Source: an uncultured Desulfofustis sp.
GTDB lineage: Bacteria; Desulfobacterota; Desulfobulbia; Desulfobulbales; Desulfocapsaceae
Direction of reading: 5' to 3'
Assembly (NCBI GenBank): GCA_965601575.1
Contig: CBFCWR010000001.1
Span: forward strand, 1-27,309
DNA length: 27,309 nucleotides
Every line of letters begins with the position of its first letter. Positions within the stretch are counted from its first letter, which is position 1. The notes under the pieces are model-generated. The model saw only the letters and a list, made by a program, of their open reading frames with translations. It was not told the origin of the DNA and did not search any database. Both the position numbers and the translations under genes were made by a program. This document shows positions 27,126 to 27,309 of the stretch, one piece after another.

Positions 27126-27309
27126 AGCTGTTCCTCCCATCTCTGCGAGTTGAATTACGCCCCTGGGGTTCAGGTCTTGAGGGCTTGCTAGAGGTTATAA
27201 GCACTGCCGCCCGTTATTTCAGCAGCCAATCCACTTCTCCCTGATATTTCTCCACGCCTTCAACAGTTGCCTGCAGGTGTAACGGCTAACTACCGCGGTA
27301 CTTGCTTGG

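Noticed and set aside
27219-27308. Open minus-strand frame entering from the window edge (ending QLLKAWRNIREKWIGC)
   Set aside because: Only 30 codons are visible. It could be the 3' end of an upstream gene but cannot be supported from this window.
1-27309. CRISPR arrays, IS elements, tRNA/rRNA genes, prophage genes
   Set aside because: No regularly spaced direct repeats, transposase or integrase motifs, terminal inverted repeats with target duplications, or cloverleaf/rRNA signatures were seen by eye.

Overview
This is a bacterial chromosomal window. Gene content and style suggest a Desulfobacterota-like anaerobe, which is an inference and not a database result. In order it encodes: a D-mannonate-oxidoreductase-like SDR; a secreted MsrA that the ORF track splits in two because its catalytic residue is an in-frame TGA (selenocysteine) followed by a SECIS-like hairpin; a DUF805 protein; a small 2-TM protein; a vWA-OmpA fusion; a phasin-like/UbiB kinase pair; a coupled ATP-grasp ligase plus CocE/NonD (S15) serine hydrolase; a long-form NfeD protease plus stomatin; a four-gene PrkA-YeaH(DUF444)-SpoVR-PrkA2 operon whose second ATPase lacks the Walker B glutamate; a DUF900 alpha/beta hydrolase preceded by a probable gene remnant; a small Cys/His protein; pyruvate phosphate dikinase; and a MaoC/PhaJ-like hydratase. 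I saw no rRNA, tRNA, CRISPR array, transposase or integrase. The most interesting items are the Cys-free exported seleno-MsrA, the active/degenerate PrkA pair with its vWA and SpoVR partners, and the ATP-grasp/CocE module.
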